Source of the DNA: Macrostomum lignano
Taxonomy: Eukaryota
Length of the DNA: 64,000 nucleotides
Reading direction: 5' to 3'
NCBI GenBank assembly: GCA_002269645.1
Contig: NIVC01002257.1
Coordinates: 124,001 to 188,000, forward strand
Below the pieces are notes generated by a model. The model saw only the letters and a list, made by a program, of their open reading frames with translations. It ran no database searches and was not told the DNA's origin. The position numbers and the translations under genes were made by a program. This document shows positions 62,789 through 64,000 of this stretch, one piece after another; the stretch's first letter is position 1; the number at the start of each line of letters is the position of its first letter.

Positions 62789-64000
62789 GCAGACACAAAA
62801 CGCTTGTGCAGATTGGCCAGCAAAGGCGAACACGAAGCTATGGGAAATTTGCTCCGAAACAAGCCGTCAATTGTAAGCAGCAAATACCCGCTTTACTCAG
62901 ACCGCAGCGCTCTGCTGTGCGCCGCAGCAGCTTCAAAGCGCCACTACTCCCAGGGCGGTGAGGATCACACGAAATGTGCTGAAATCCTAGTCAGGTTTGG
63001 AGCTGATCTGAACGGCCAAGACTCCAAGTCTAACACGGTCCTGCACCTCTCAGTGAAGTCCAAAAATGATTCTTTGCTCAAGTTTCTACTTGGAAAAGAT
63101 GTCAGAGTTGCTGACAAACGGAATAGTGACAGCAGCACTCCGCTTATGCTTGCCGCCGAATTCGACTACGAACAGCACGCGGAACTCCTGCTTGAGCACG
63201 GTGCGAGAACTGGCTCTGTAGACGAATTGTTTTATCACGCAGCAAAAGAGATTGCAGAATCTGAAGGAAGCGAACGGGTGCTTGAAGTCATGCGCAACTT
63301 TGACCAAAGGCAAAGGGAAAAAGAGAAAGTGAGGGACAGAGAATATTTTTGCGGAGCACAAGTACCTCGATTTGAAAATATTTTTGCTGGCATTCAAGGA
63401 TGCATTCATCAGATCACACATGAAGCAAATACAATTCGAAACAGCGTAAGCCATGCAGTGCAAGAAAGCTATGAAATCTATATGGAAATGCCAGCATATT
63501 TCGACCACAATGCACAGCCACTTCGGAATGTTTTGACAGAAGCAGAAAGGCTGGGAAATGTGTTTCACGAGAAGTGCGAACGCTTGTCACAGCGGTGGGC
63601 ACCAGTGGAACAGAAGGTGCTGCAATTGCTCGGACGTCCGCAATTAATCAACAAGACCGATGTACTGAAGTCTATCAGTGACCTGAGAGAATGCATTCAA
63701 TCGGCCGATGAGTGCAAACACAGCCTCTCACAACTGAAAGAAAAACTGTCAGACGCCGCTCGCCTCAGTCGAGAACTGGCGGAAAAGTGTCGAAAGGAAA
63801 GCAGTGATGTTAACAAGCGGAGAGAGGAAAGGAATCAGGAGATCAGGAATCAGGAATCAGGAACCAGGAATCAGGAGAGAGGAATCTGGAAACAGGCATT
63901 AATTGCCGGCGCAGTTGGTGGAGCTGTAGGAGGCCCTTTAGGATTAATTGCTGGGCTGTGGTTAGGATCTGAAGATGCTGCTACGAGTGCTACGAGTGTG
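62789..64000 (+). CDS. Member C, exon 3 (runs off the window): about 4 ankyrin repeats, helical domain and Gly-zipper hairpin
   Basis: Acceptor ttccccattatttcag and 404 open codons, hand-translated: ADTKRLCRLASKG...NTVLHLSV...TPLMLAA...CIQSADECKHSLSQLKEKLSDAARLSRELAEKCR...ALIAGAVGGAVGGPLGLIAGLWLG. Confidence 0.85.

Noticed and set aside
62653-62961. 102-aa ORF in the track
   Set aside because: Wrong frame overlapping intron and the real ANK exon starting at 62789.

Overview
Eukaryotic (animal) genomic DNA: GT-AG introns, GC-rich exons in AT-rich intergenic sequence, many transposons and satellites, and no prokaryotic operon or CRISPR array. The style would fit a free-living flatworm such as Macrostomum, but that is a weak impression only. 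The main signal is a candidate innate-immune locus. It holds an unnamed family of all-helical proteins with a central Gly/Ala-rich hydrophobic hairpin, an APOL- or alpha-pore-forming-toxin-like architecture. Member A (58-1089) ends in the CaaX box CIVM. Member B (6884-11240) ends in a polybasic tail plus CRNM and is split by an intact Chapaev transposon. Member D (27062-27308) is a pseudogene fragment. Member C (58305->64000) is a spliced gene that fuses about 10 ankyrin repeats to the same domain; its last exon is absent from the supplied ORF track. Between them lies a GVIN1-like very large GTPase whose ATG appears split by an intron, and a kappaB-like motif recurs six times upstream of these genes. 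Also present: DDX20 (3 exons, with inverted satellites around exon 2), three CLCC1/MCLC-like paralogues, a TM-coiled-coil orphan, a secreted LamG-like protein, a 758-aa orphan with a 34-nt microexon, an intact mariner, a decayed piggyBac with TGAA target duplication, LINE remnants, SINEs, a P-like MITE, several satellites and a 3.5-kb block almost free of CpG. All gene models and family calls were made by eye and need RNA-seq and HMM/structure confirmation.
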